From Eledone cirrhosa (Eukaryota): a DNA stretch of 64,000 nucleotides. The position numbers and the translations under genes are program-made. The stretch is from assembly GCA_964016885.1 (NCBI GenBank), contig OZ024742.1, forward strand, positions 9,920,001-9,984,000, in the 5' to 3' direction. Shown piece after piece: positions 41,549-52,497 of this stretch. The notes beneath the pieces are model-generated. The model was not told where the DNA came from. It saw nothing but the letters and a program-made list of their open reading frames with translations, and did no database searches. Position 1 is the stretch's first letter; every line of letters begins with the position of its first letter.

Positions 41549-43870
41549 ATGGAAAAACACTACCTGGATATGTCACTCAAAAACATACCAACCCAAGGTA
41601 GAAAGGAATATTTATTGAGCATGATTCAAAAAACTAATGAATTCATTCGACGTGTCAGGTGGAAAACGCTCCACTATGATAGAAGCCGTATGAACTCAAC
41701 ATTAGAAAGTGGTGTAAACAACAAATTCGGTTTTAGGACTTGTAAAAACCCACCCACCAACCCACTATTAGATGCATTTGAGCAGGACCTTATGAACTTA
41801 ATCCTTAAAATTAAATTCAAAGGACGCAACACCAACAGCAAATTACAGAAAGATATAAAAAAACTACTGGACGACCTTAAAAACACCAAAGGAATTGTAG
41901 TAAAAGCGGACAAAACATCAAACCTGTACACTATGGATTGCACTACATACAACAACTTCATTCGAAAAGAATTACATAAAAAATATAGAAAAACCAGTGA
42001 AGTAACCCTTAAGCACATCAATGATGAGGCATGCGAAATAGTGAAAAATCTCGGAATCGAAGATAGGACAGGACCACTCTTACCGGCGGTACCCACCTTC
42101 AATCTTAAGGACCACAAGGTAAACTTTGATAATGACCCTAAAATTAGATTAATCTGCCCCTCTAAATCAGATATAGGTAAAATAAGCAAATATATCTTAG
42201 ATAGAATCATCCCCCAAATTAAGGCTAAGGTTAACATTAAACTCTGGGGGAAGACCCAAGAAGCAATAAGATGGTTTAATAGCATTAGCAATAAGAATAA
42301 ATCTAAGTTTATCCAGTTTGATATCGATGAATATTACTCATCGATATCACCTGAAACTTTGAATAGAGCCATTAAGTTTGCTAAGGATAACTCTGACCTT
42401 ACAAACGATGAAATTAAGATTATATTAGAAGCTAGGAAAACTATAGTCAAATTTGAGAACAGTTATTGGGTACGTAAAGATAGACCCTCTAACTTTGACA
42501 TAACAATGGGCTCTAACGATTCGGCGGAAATAACTGATATTGTGGGGTTATTTATCGCCTTTAGACTCCAGGAAAAATTCAGCAATCTCCACGGCGGAAT
42601 ATACCGCGACGATGTTCTCCTCCTAGCTAAAAACCTTAATAACCAAAAACTAGAAAAACTACGCAAAGATATAAGAAAACTACTACTCGAAATAGGACTA
42701 ACTATAACATATGAATACAACCTTAAAGTAGTTAACTTCCTGGATGTCACACTCAATTTAAACTCTGGTTTGATTAAACCGTTTCATAAATTGAATGAAA
42801 ATCTCAAATACGTAAATGTTGGGTCTAACCACCCCATCTCTATAATTAAATCTATCCCTAAAAATATTTCCCTTAGAATCTCGGGTCTATCTTCTAACAT
42901 ACAAGTATTTAAGGAACACGCCGAGTACTACGATAACGCCCTTAGTAAAGCAGGCTACCTCAACAAAATAGAGTACATAGATGGGAACAATCAAAACACC
43001 CAAAATAAATCCCACATAGGTAGATATAATAACACAACACCAAACCACACTTACTACCATAGTATGCACACCAGTAAACCAACAAACAAAACTAATAGAA
43101 AGCGATGCAAAGAGTACTTATGGTATAACCCCGAATACAATAGCTCCATTAGTACAAATTTACCAGTAATCTTCTTTAAAATAATTAAAAGACATTTTCC
43201 CACATCACACAAATACCACAAAATCCTAAACCCTACCACTATAAGACTGTCATACTCTACAGCGTTAAACCTTGAACAACACATAAAAAAGATCAATACT
43301 AGAAGGTTAAACGAAAACACTAAGAACTTAAGTACAAAGAACACAAACAAATCAGTAGACAATACACTACAGAACATAAATAAACCAGACCTAAGTTCGT
43401 CCGCAATACTACTCCAGAGAAAACCCAACGTACACAACTGTAACTGCACCTATCCTGACAACTGCCCCCTCGGCAATAACTGCCTGGAAAAAAATATTAT
43501 TTATAAGTGTACCATTAAATCCGGAGGCAACGAGTGGTATTACGTGGGATCAACGGCAACATCGTTTAAATCTCGATTGTATAGGCATTCTTACTCAATA
43601 AAACACCAGAGCCAAAGAAATGTAACAACTTTAGCAGAAAAAGCTTGGACGCTCAGGGATAGCAATCAAAAGTTTACCCTAAAATGGGAAAAATTAGCTA
43701 AAACCCAAAGCTTTTCCAGGAGCCAAAATTTCTGCAAATTGTGTAATCTTGAGATTTATTACATAATCACACACAAGAAGAAACTGCTGAATAACAGAAT
43801 TGAACGAACATTATTCTGCCGTCACAGAACTAAAACCCTTTTTTCCCACTACAAGCCGAATATTACATAA
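41549..43870 (+). CDS. PLE polyprotein: reverse transcriptase plus C-terminal GIY-YIG endonuclease (773 aa)
   Basis: PLE-type motifs: VVKADKT, KDHK..PKIRLI, FIQFDIDEYYSSI, FDITMGS, IYRDD, VNFLDVTL, SNHP..IIKSI. Linker CNCTYPDNC. Endonuclease IIYKC..YYVGST..FKSR..H, KW, CKLCNLE, CRH. No stops or frameshifts. Confidence 0.95.
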   Translation: MEKHYLDMSLKNIPTQGRKEYLLSMIQKTNEFIRRVRWKTLHYDRSRMNSTLESGVNNKFGFRTCKNPPTNPLLDAFEQDLMNLILKIKFKGRNTNSKLQKDIKKLLDDLKNTKGIVVKADKTSNLYTMDCTTYNNFIRKELHKKYRKTSEVTLKHINDEACEIVKNLGIEDRTGPLLPAVPTFNLKDHKVNFDNDPKIRLICPSKSDIGKISKYILDRIIPQIKAKVNIKLWGKTQEAIRWFNSISNKNKSKFIQFDIDEYYSSISPETLNRAIKFAKDNSDLTNDEIKIILEARKTIVKFENSYWVRKDRPSNFDITMGSNDSAEITDIVGLFIAFRLQEKFSNLHGGIYRDDVLLLAKNLNNQKLEKLRKDIRKLLLEIGLTITYEYNLKVVNFLDVTLNLNSGLIKPFHKLNENLKYVNVGSNHPISIIKSIPKNISLRISGLSSNIQVFKEHAEYYDNALSKAGYLNKIEYIDGNNQNTQNKSHIGRYNNTTPNHTYYHSMHTSKPTNKTNRKRCKEYLWYNPEYNSSISTNLPVIFFKIIKRHFPTSHKYHKILNPTTIRLSYSTALNLEQHIKKINTRRLNENTKNLSTKNTNKSVDNTLQNINKPDLSSSAILLQRKPNVHNCNCTYPDNCPLGNNCLEKNIIYKCTIKSGGNEWYYVGSTATSFKSRLYRHSYSIKHQSQRNVTTLAEKAWTLRDSNQKFTLKWEKLAKTQSFSRSQNFCKLCNLEIYYIITHKKKLLNNRIERTLFCRHRTKTLFSHYKPNIT

Positions 43871-44139
43871 AAGAGGGACATCCCCCAACTATATAAACCT
43901 TAATCTAGTTAGAAAAATATAAAAACAATCTCTTCTCAACATATATTAATAACCTTAAATTACCATACTAATAATGAAAAGATATGCTGATGAGAATAGG
44001 TACAAATATGCGATAATGAATGTGTCTAAAAACGTCCATAAGTATGTATATATATGTGAAAATGTATATAAATAAGTAAATATATATATATGTTTGATGT
44101 GTATAGTTAGATGTAAGTGTATTCATGTATTAAAGTGCT

Positions 44140-44170
<31 letters not shown>

Positions 44171-44187
44171 ATATGTATATATGTGTA

Positions 44188-44256
<69 letters not shown>

Positions 44257-44427
44257 ATATGTGTATATGGATGTGTATGTATGTGTATGTGTGTACACAT
44301 GGACTAGAGTATGTATGTATATATGTGTGTGTCTATACGTGTGTATATAAAGATAAGTTGAGTACGAAAATGTATACACATGAGCGCGTATGTATGTACA
44401 TGAATACATGTGTGTATATATATGTGT

Positions 44428-44969
44428 ATGCATGTGTATATATATGTAAGTATGAATATGTGAATTGTGAGTATATGTATTTTGTAGAGGTGTGCAAATA
44501 TATTTGTGTGTGAATGCGTGGGTGAAAGGATACGTACACTTGAAAGAAAAATTTAAGTCTGAATGTTAATTAAGTGCAAACACAAAACCAACCACGCATA
44601 TCTTTACTATCTCTAATCCTTCTATAGATTTAGAAAAATAACCAATAATATATTCTATAAAAAATGTCAAAACAACAGATGGGAATCTAATTACTCACTG
44701 CCACCAAGAATTCTCACTGCTATCGAAAAACCACTCCTTCAACTATTCTTCTAACAACTTCACCCCTCCCTCCTAATATTCTCTATAAAAACTAAATAGG
44801 TCCTCAGTAATATTATTCTGATGAAATGACAGTAAATAATAACATTGAAATATTGAATGTCTGCATAACTAAAAGTTTGTAGATAGCTGTTTTAGGTTAT
44901 GTAACTGTTATAGAAACACGTGTCAATAAATTCCTTTCAACTAAACTGTATCCATTCAAATCTTTCTAT
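44428..44969 (+). repeat. 3' pseudo-LTR (542 bp)
   Basis: Direct repeat of 40843-41384; ends at TCTTTCTA/(TA)n. Confidence 0.95.
44813..44929 (+). ncRNA. Type I hammerhead ribozyme (3' pLTR copy)
   Basis: Identical to 41228-41344; predicted cleavage after 44924. Confidence 0.8.
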
Positions 44970-45607
44970 ATATATATATATATATATGCGTGTGTGTATG
45001 TGTATATATGCATATGTATGTGTATGTGTATGTGCGTATGTATGTGTATATGTATGTATCTATGCGTATGTATGTGTATATGTATATATATATACGTATG
45101 TATGTGTGTGTGTACGTATGTATGTGTGTGTATATATACGTATGTATGTATGTATGTATGTATGTACGCGTGTATGTATATACGTGTATGTATGTGTGTA
45201 TGTATATGTATATATACATGTATGTATGTATGTGTATATATATATATGCATGTATGTGTGTGTGTATGTGTATATATATATACATATGTATGTATGTGTG
45301 TATGTATGTATGCATGTGTGTGTATGTGTGTGTATATATGTATGCATATGTGTGTATGTATGTATGTGTGTGTGCATATGTATGTATGTATATATATGTA
45401 TATATATACATATGTATGTATATGTGTGTATATATATATATACATGTGTATGTGTGTATGTATGTATATATATACATATGTATGTATATATGTATGTGTA
45501 TGTATGTATATGTATGTGTGTATGTATGTATGTGTATGTATGTATGTATGTATGTATGTGTGTGTATGTATGTATATGTGTGTGTATGTATGTATGTGTA
45601 TGTATAT
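44970..45607. repeat. Complex (TA/TG/TATG)n microsatellite
   Basis: Directly visible; source of the YI/CV ORFs. Confidence 0.95.
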
Positions 45608-46065
45608 ATCAAAGGCCAAAGGGGCTCTTAAGAGTCAATGGCCATCCAAAATCACCAGGAGAGATGACCCCTTAGCTTTTGTCAAGGCAGAATTCTAGGA
45701 GAAGGAAAACTCTGATATAACACCTGCAACCCTGATGGTATCCAATGATGTTGACTTTTTCTTCTTTTTGGTAAATATCATCTTGGTTAAGAGAGTGGGA
45801 CTGGCTTTGTGCAGTGCCTTTGCTCACTATAAAAGCTTCATGGCACAGACATTGCTTTATATCTGGAGATCTCTCTGCACTTGTCGTCACATGGTACCAT
45901 GGGCCCAGCACTATGTGTCAATAATTGTCACAAGTGTAGTGTTAGTACCAGAGTTTTCAAGTCGCTGGCTGGACTAAAAAGTCACACTCGTTCAGCGCAT
46001 CGGTAGGGGTTCTCCTACATGGTTATAAAGTAGTGGCCGTACTCGAAAACGAGTTGGCAGCCACC
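45608..46065 (+). mobile_element. RTE-derived non-autonomous element, partly 5'-truncated
   Basis: Contains CTAGGAGAAGGAAAACTCTGA (RTE/BovB-type 5' UTR motif as recalled) fused to the C2H2-finger 3' end. Confidence 0.75.
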
Positions 46066-46498
46066 ATATATATATATATACATGTGTATATGTGTGTGTA
46101 TGTACATATGTATATATATATGTGTGTATGTATGTATATGTATATATGTATATATGTATGTATGTGTATGTATGTGTATATATATATATGAGTGTATGTA
46201 TGTGTATATGTATATATGTGTATATATGAATGTATATATATGTATATATGTATATATGTGTGTATGTGTGTGTATATATATATGTATATATATGTGTATG
46301 TATATGTATGTATATGTGTGTATATATGTATGTATGTATATATATATGTGTATGTATATGTATGTGTGTATATATATGTATATGTATGCGTGTGTATGTA
46401 TGTATATATATATGTATATGCATATGTATATATATGTGTATATATATATGTATGTATACGTGTGTATATGTGTGTATATATATGTGTGTACATGTGTA

Positions 46499-46529
<31 letters not shown>

Positions 46530-47121
46530 GTGCATGTGTATATGTGTATATATGTGTGTGCATATGTGTATATGTATATATGTATAAACGTATATGTATA
46601 TATGCATATGTGTGTATGTATATATGTATATATGTGTATATATGAATGTATATATATGTATATATGTATATATGTGTGTATGTGTGTGTGTATATATATG
46701 TATATATATGTGTATGTATATGTATGTATATGTGTGTATATATGTATGTATGTATATATATATGTGTATGTATATGTATGTGTGTATATATATGTATATG
46801 TATGCGTGTGTATGTATGTGTATATATATGTATATGCATATGTATATATATGTGTATATATATATGTATGTATACGTGTGTATATGTGTGTATATATATG
46901 TGTGTACATGTGTATGTGTATATGTGTATATATATATATATATGTGCATGTGTATATGTGTGTGCATATGTGTATATATATATGTATATATGTATATATG
47001 TATAAACGTATATGTATATATGCATATGTGTGTATGTATATATGTATATATGTATATATATACATATGTATGTATATATGTGTATATACATGTGTATGTG
47101 TGTGTGTGTGTATGTATGTAG
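46066..47121. repeat. Complex TA/TG microsatellite with an internal duplication of about 416 bp
   Basis: Landmarks such as TATATGAATG, GCGTGTG and ATAAACGT recur about 416 bp apart. Confidence 0.85.
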
Positions 47122-47409
47122 ATATCATCTTGGTTAAGAGAGTGGGACTGGCTTTGTGCAGTTCCTTTGCTCACTATAAAAGCTTCACGGCACAGGCATT
47201 GCTTTATATCTGGAGATCTCTCTGCACTTGTCACTTGGTACCATGGGCCCAGCACTATGTGTCAATAATTGTCACAAGTGTAGTGTTTGTACCAGAGTTT
47301 TCAAGTCGCTGGCTGGACTAAAAAGTCACACTCGTTCAGCGTATCAATAGGGTTTCTCCTACATGGATATAAGGTAGTGGCCGTACTCGAAAACAAGTTG
47401 GCAGCCACC
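47122..47409 (+). mobile_element. RTE-derived element, 5'-truncated copy
   Basis: Homologous to 39091-39380. Confidence 0.75.
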
Positions 47410-47552
47410 ATATATGTATGTATGTATGTGTATGTATGTGTATGTATGTGTATGTATGTGTATGTGTATATGTATATATGTATGTATGTGTGTATGTATA
47501 TATGTATATATTTATTTGTGTATGTATGTATGTATATATTTATGTATGTATG

Positions 47553-48160
47553 TCAGGTCACCAGTTGGTGCTACTGGTAACATGTATGCCAGTACAACCT
47601 GTCTCATGGTCGGGTCGTTGGCGACTAAACTGGCAACCCTACCAAGGTTTCTTGGTGAGGAGGGTGACTTTGGACATCCTGCAGGACTAAAAACAAAACC
47701 TATCAAAGGGCAAAGGAGCTCTTAAGAGTCAATGGCCATCCAAAATCACCGGGAGAGATGACCCCTTAGCCTTTGTCAAGGCAGAATTCTAGGAGAAGGA
47801 AAACTCTGATATAACACCTGCAACCCTGATGGCATCCAATGATGTTCACTGTTCTTCTTTTTGGTAAATATCATCATGGTTAAGAGAGTGGAACTGGCTT
47901 TGTGCAGTGCCTTTGCTCACTATGAAAACTTCACGGCACAGGCATTGCTTTATATCTGGAGATCTCTCTGCACTTGTCATCACATGCTACCATGGGCCCA
48001 GCACTATGTGTCAATAATTGTCACAGGTGTAGTGTTTGTACCAGAGTTTGTTCAAGTCGCTGGCTGGACTAAAAGGTCCCACTCCTTCAGCGCATCGGTA
48101 GGGTTTCTCCTACATGGATATAAAGTAGTGGCCGTACTCGAAAACGAGTTGGCAGCCACC
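47553..48160 (+). mobile_element. RTE-derived non-autonomous element, longest copy (about 610 bp)
   Basis: Structured 5' end, RTE-like 5' UTR motif at about 47789, C2H2-finger 3' end and an (ATGT)n tail. Confidence 0.75.
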
Positions 48161-48549
48161 ATGTACATATGTATGGATGTATGTACCTATGTATGTATGT
48201 ACATATGTACGTATTTATGCATGTATGTATGTATGTATGTATGCATTTATGAATGTACGTATGTACGTATGTACGTATGTATGTATGTTCTTCTGGTTTT
48301 ATAATTTCACAAATTTTTTGTGCGTATGTATGTAAGTATGTATGTATGTATGTATGTATGTATGTATGTATGTATGTATGTATGTATGTATGTATGTATG
48401 TATGTATTATATATGTATGCACATATATATATTTACTGTCTGAGTGTAAAACTAGATGCCTTCAAGTCTTCGTGGCTAAATCAGATTGAAGCAACTCACC
48501 ATGCTTTCGGTGAAAATCTGTGTAAATCTCAGTCGCTTTCTCTCACAAC

Positions 48550-48600
<51 letters not shown>

Positions 48601-48695
48601 CATATCATATCATATCATATATGTGTGTGTATGTCTACATACACACACACACTCACTCATATATATATATACATCACCCTTACACACACACACAT

Positions 48696-48744
<49 letters not shown>

Positions 48745-48789
48745 ATAGAATACTATTAGCTTCTCGCTAAAACAATTTCTATAACTTTC

Positions 48790-48858
<69 letters not shown>

Positions 48859-49303
48859 CATACGTATGTGTGCGTTTATAAGACATCTATGTGTATGTAT
48901 GCCGATTTTTTTTTGTTTTCATATAAAAGTAAACAAAACTACAACAACAACAATGTCTATGATTTAAATATTATAAGCCAACACCAACAGCAACACCATC
49001 TTGTATAAATACACAACAGCATCAATAACAACAACAACAATACTACTATGGACGGCGTCTTCTTCACTATCAACATTGGTTGATAATTTATATTTTGTTT
49101 GTGTTGTTGCTGTTGTTGTAGTTATTTATTCATGCTATGCGCCAAGAATGTTGGTGAAATTGAATTCCGTCTCTTGAGTATTTTACAGAAGACTTCTTGA
49201 AGGATCTAAATGTGATGTCTAAATTCAAACATCAGTGTTAGTGTTTTCATACCAGCTTAGCACACAGGCACGCAATAACAGCACCGAACGTGTACACACA
49301 CAT

Positions 49304-49358
<55 letters not shown>

Positions 49359-49578
49359 TATACACGCACGCACGCACGCACACACACACAGAGACATACA
49401 CACACACACACACAGGCACACACACTTATATATATATATATACAAACACACGTACCAGCTATTACACAGACACGTAATCATATCAGCATCAAACCCATAA
49501 ACATATACACACACATTTGAACCTGTTCGCAGGTGTATGTATATATAAATACATGTATGTGTGTATATATATATATGA

Positions 49579-49619
<41 letters not shown>

Positions 49620-49844
49620 TTTGTCTGAATATGTTTGGAATGAGTGTCAATACAAGTAGGTACACATAATATGACACCGCTATCAACAGCCGTACACGTG
49701 TTGGAGACATTTTCTTCAAGAAAGTTCTAAGAAACATGTAATCTAAATCCGGTAATAAAACCTCAGTGTACACAGATGATACATTCACACAGGGACGTTA
49801 TACATGTAAAAACACATGTATCAGTTACATGTGTGCATGTGTAA

Positions 49845-50081
49845 ACGTGTGGAAGTGTGTATGTTAGTACGTGTGGAAGTGTGTGTGTTAGTACGTGTGG
49901 AAGTATGTATGTTCGTACGTGTGGAGGTGTGTGTTGCAATTAATGCAATTAAATTCTAGAATTTTTATGAGTGAACGAAGCTATCTAGTTCTTTCTGATC
50001 AATCTTAATGCAAGAAATGTGTTTACACACAAACACACATAAAATGCATTAAAATTGATCAGAAAGAAGTAGATAGCTTCG

Positions 50082-50125
<44 letters not shown>

Positions 50126-50593
50126 GGGTTTTAAACACCAATATCATGCTAAAATTTCTTTAGTCAAATATATGTCGAAATGCTTATATTCCCTATTCAA
50201 ACTTCGCTCGATGTTTCAAAACAAATCTAAGTACATTGTAACGTGAACTGGCGCGAAATTTATTATACTTATTCACGTGACAGTCATCAACCAACCAAGT
50301 TACTTTTCTAAAATACCTAGCATTTCGAGCCACTTTTTTTAACATAAAACAGAAGTAACATTCGAACACCAAGCAGATTGCGAGGACAACCACAAACCCT
50401 CCATCTCAATTCTACTTTTGAAAAGCAGAAGAACTGTGAAACCACTAAAGGAAACAAATAAATATTCTTAAAAACACTCCAATTGCATTTTCGATTTCAT
50501 CTGTTTTCCTTATACTTTCACTCGTGTAGGACACCTCGGTTATTTTTCATTTTGTAAAAAACAGTCACTTTCTATATATATATATATATATAT

Positions 50594-50648
<55 letters not shown>

Positions 50649-50919
50649 TTGTCCTCGCAATCTGCTTGGTGTTCGAATGTTACTTCTGTTTTATGTTAAA
50701 AAAAGTGGCTCGAAATGCTAGGTATTTTAGAAAAGTAACTTGGTTGGTTGATGACTGTCACGTGAATAAGTATAATAAATTTCGCGCCAGTTCACGTTAC
50801 AATGTACTTAGATTTGTTTTGAAACATCGAGCGAAGTTTGAATAGGGAATATAAGCATTTCGACATATATTTGACTAAAGAAATTTTAGCATGATATTGG
50901 TGTTTAAAACCCTCTATGT

Positions 50920-50956
<37 letters not shown>

Positions 50957-51193
50957 CGAAGCTATCTACTTCTTTCTGATCAATCTTAATGCATTTTATG
51001 TGTGTTTGTGTGTAAACACATTTCTTGCATTAAGATTGATCAGAAAGAAGTAGATAGCTTCGTTCACTCATAAAAATTCTAGAATTTAATTGCATTAATT
51101 GCAACACACACCTCCACACGTACGAACATACATACTTCCACACGTACTAACACACACACTTCCACACGTACTAACATACACACTTCCACACGT
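49845..51193. repeat. Large inverted duplication (arms of about 550 bp: 49845-50392 and 50646-51193)
   Basis: Mirror ORFs 50193-50393(-) and 50645-50845(+) are identical. The right arm starts at a (TA)n tract. Each arm also contains nested inverted repeats and a 23-bp tandem. Confidence 0.92.
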
Positions 51194-51633
51194 GTGAGAA
51201 AAACCACAGACAATCCATCTCAACTCTACTTTTGAAAAGCAGAAGAACTGCGAAACCGCTAAAGGAACCAAATAAATATATATATATTTTTTTAAAATAA
51301 GACTCCAGTTGCATTTTCGATTTCATCTTTTTTTTATATATATATATATTTGAAGTGTATCACGTCATTCCACTTTTTACGGTCTCTGTGGTTTCTTTGC
51401 TCTACTTTCTCAACGTTACCTTTAATCTTTACTTGGTTGATACAAGAAAATACCAGTAAAGAACTGAAGTCGATTTAATCGACTTTCCCCTCCTCAAAAG
51501 TTGGTGGCACTTTGCCATAATCAGAAACCATTATTTATGTTCATCGACTACTATCATAACTTATATTGGTAGGACTACATCTTAAATTTCATCATATATA
51601 TAAGGATTGGTGCTCTGAAATAGCGATGTATAC

Positions 51634-51856
51634 ATGAATGTATGTATAGTATATTTGGCGATATACCGTATGTTTGATTAAAAACATTTAGAAGACCATA
51701 CGCTATCGGTTTTAAATTAGTGACTATGTCACTTACTTCTTTTCGGAAAAGAAGTAAGTGACATAGTCACTACTTTAAAACCGAGAGCGTATGGTCTTCA
51801 AAATCTTTTTAATCAAACATACGGTATATCGCCAAATATACTATACATACATTCAT
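51634..51856. repeat. About 220-bp palindrome, 1-nt spacer, abutting (TA)n
   Basis: ...CACTTACTTCTTTTC-G-GAAAAGAAGTAAGTG...; arms at 51634-51744 and 51746-51856. Confidence 0.92.
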
Positions 51857-51874
51857 ATATATATATATATATAT

Positions 51875-52085
51875 AGTAATAATAATAAATGTGAAGACTA
51901 AAATCCAAAGAGGGCTCGATAACGATAAATATATATAAAATATATAAGAACCCTAGAGCAAATATTTATTAAAATAACAGATTAAAGTTTAAGCAAAGAA
52001 TCGCTACTTTCACCTTTAACGGGATCTTCTGTAACTAAAAACAATCAATCTGTGGACGCAGAAGTAATTATTTCGAAAAACGTCT
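51875..52085 (-). mobile_element. Diverged pLTR copy of mini-PLE family B
   Basis: Homologous to 52793-53000, including the variant hammerhead at 51986-52036. Confidence 0.8.
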
Positions 52086-52449
52086 TCTAAATTTTGAAAA
52101 AAATAAAAATGACTTTAGTCAATGGTTAATATGTTCTTTCTTAAACAGAACAATTATATATCGTTATACTTTAAAAGGTCGGTACGTAAACTATATTATC
52201 TATATCTTGTATAAGATTAAACGTATAGAAATGTTCAACCTGTCTTCCACAATACAATATCAACAATTTGAACCTAGAATTTCAGATAACATCACTTGCC
52301 ATAGACAGAATGTATAGATCCGGTGACCGACCTACCTATAATTTAAATAAGCTATAGGGCCACAAACACTCGAAGCCTTATCTTTTAAAATATAATTTTA
52401 TTTTAGAATTAGTTTAGCTCATGTTTTACTTTTTAACACTAAATAATCA

Positions 52450-52492
<43 letters not shown>

Positions 52493-52497
<5 letters not shown>

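Larger units (their letters stand above)
40843..44969 (+). mobile_element. Full-length Penelope-like retroelement (C-terminal EN+, Hydra-clade-like) inserted in (TA)n
   Basis: Direct-repeat pseudo-LTRs, a single intact RT+GIY-YIG ORF, a hammerhead in each pLTR, and TA tracts on both sides. Confidence 0.93.

Noticed and set aside
41674-43449. Antisense ORFs (205, 97, 60 and 131 aa)
   Set aside because: Shadows of the PLE ORF on the opposite strand; no recognisable motifs.
43985-44030. CTGATGAG just after the PLE stop codon as another hammerhead
   Set aside because: No suitably placed GAAA or stems could be built.
44094-48861. Long YI/HT/CV-rich ORFs up to 410 aa
   Set aside because: Translations of TA/TG microsatellites, which lack stop codons; not genes. 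The same applies to similar ORFs throughout the window.
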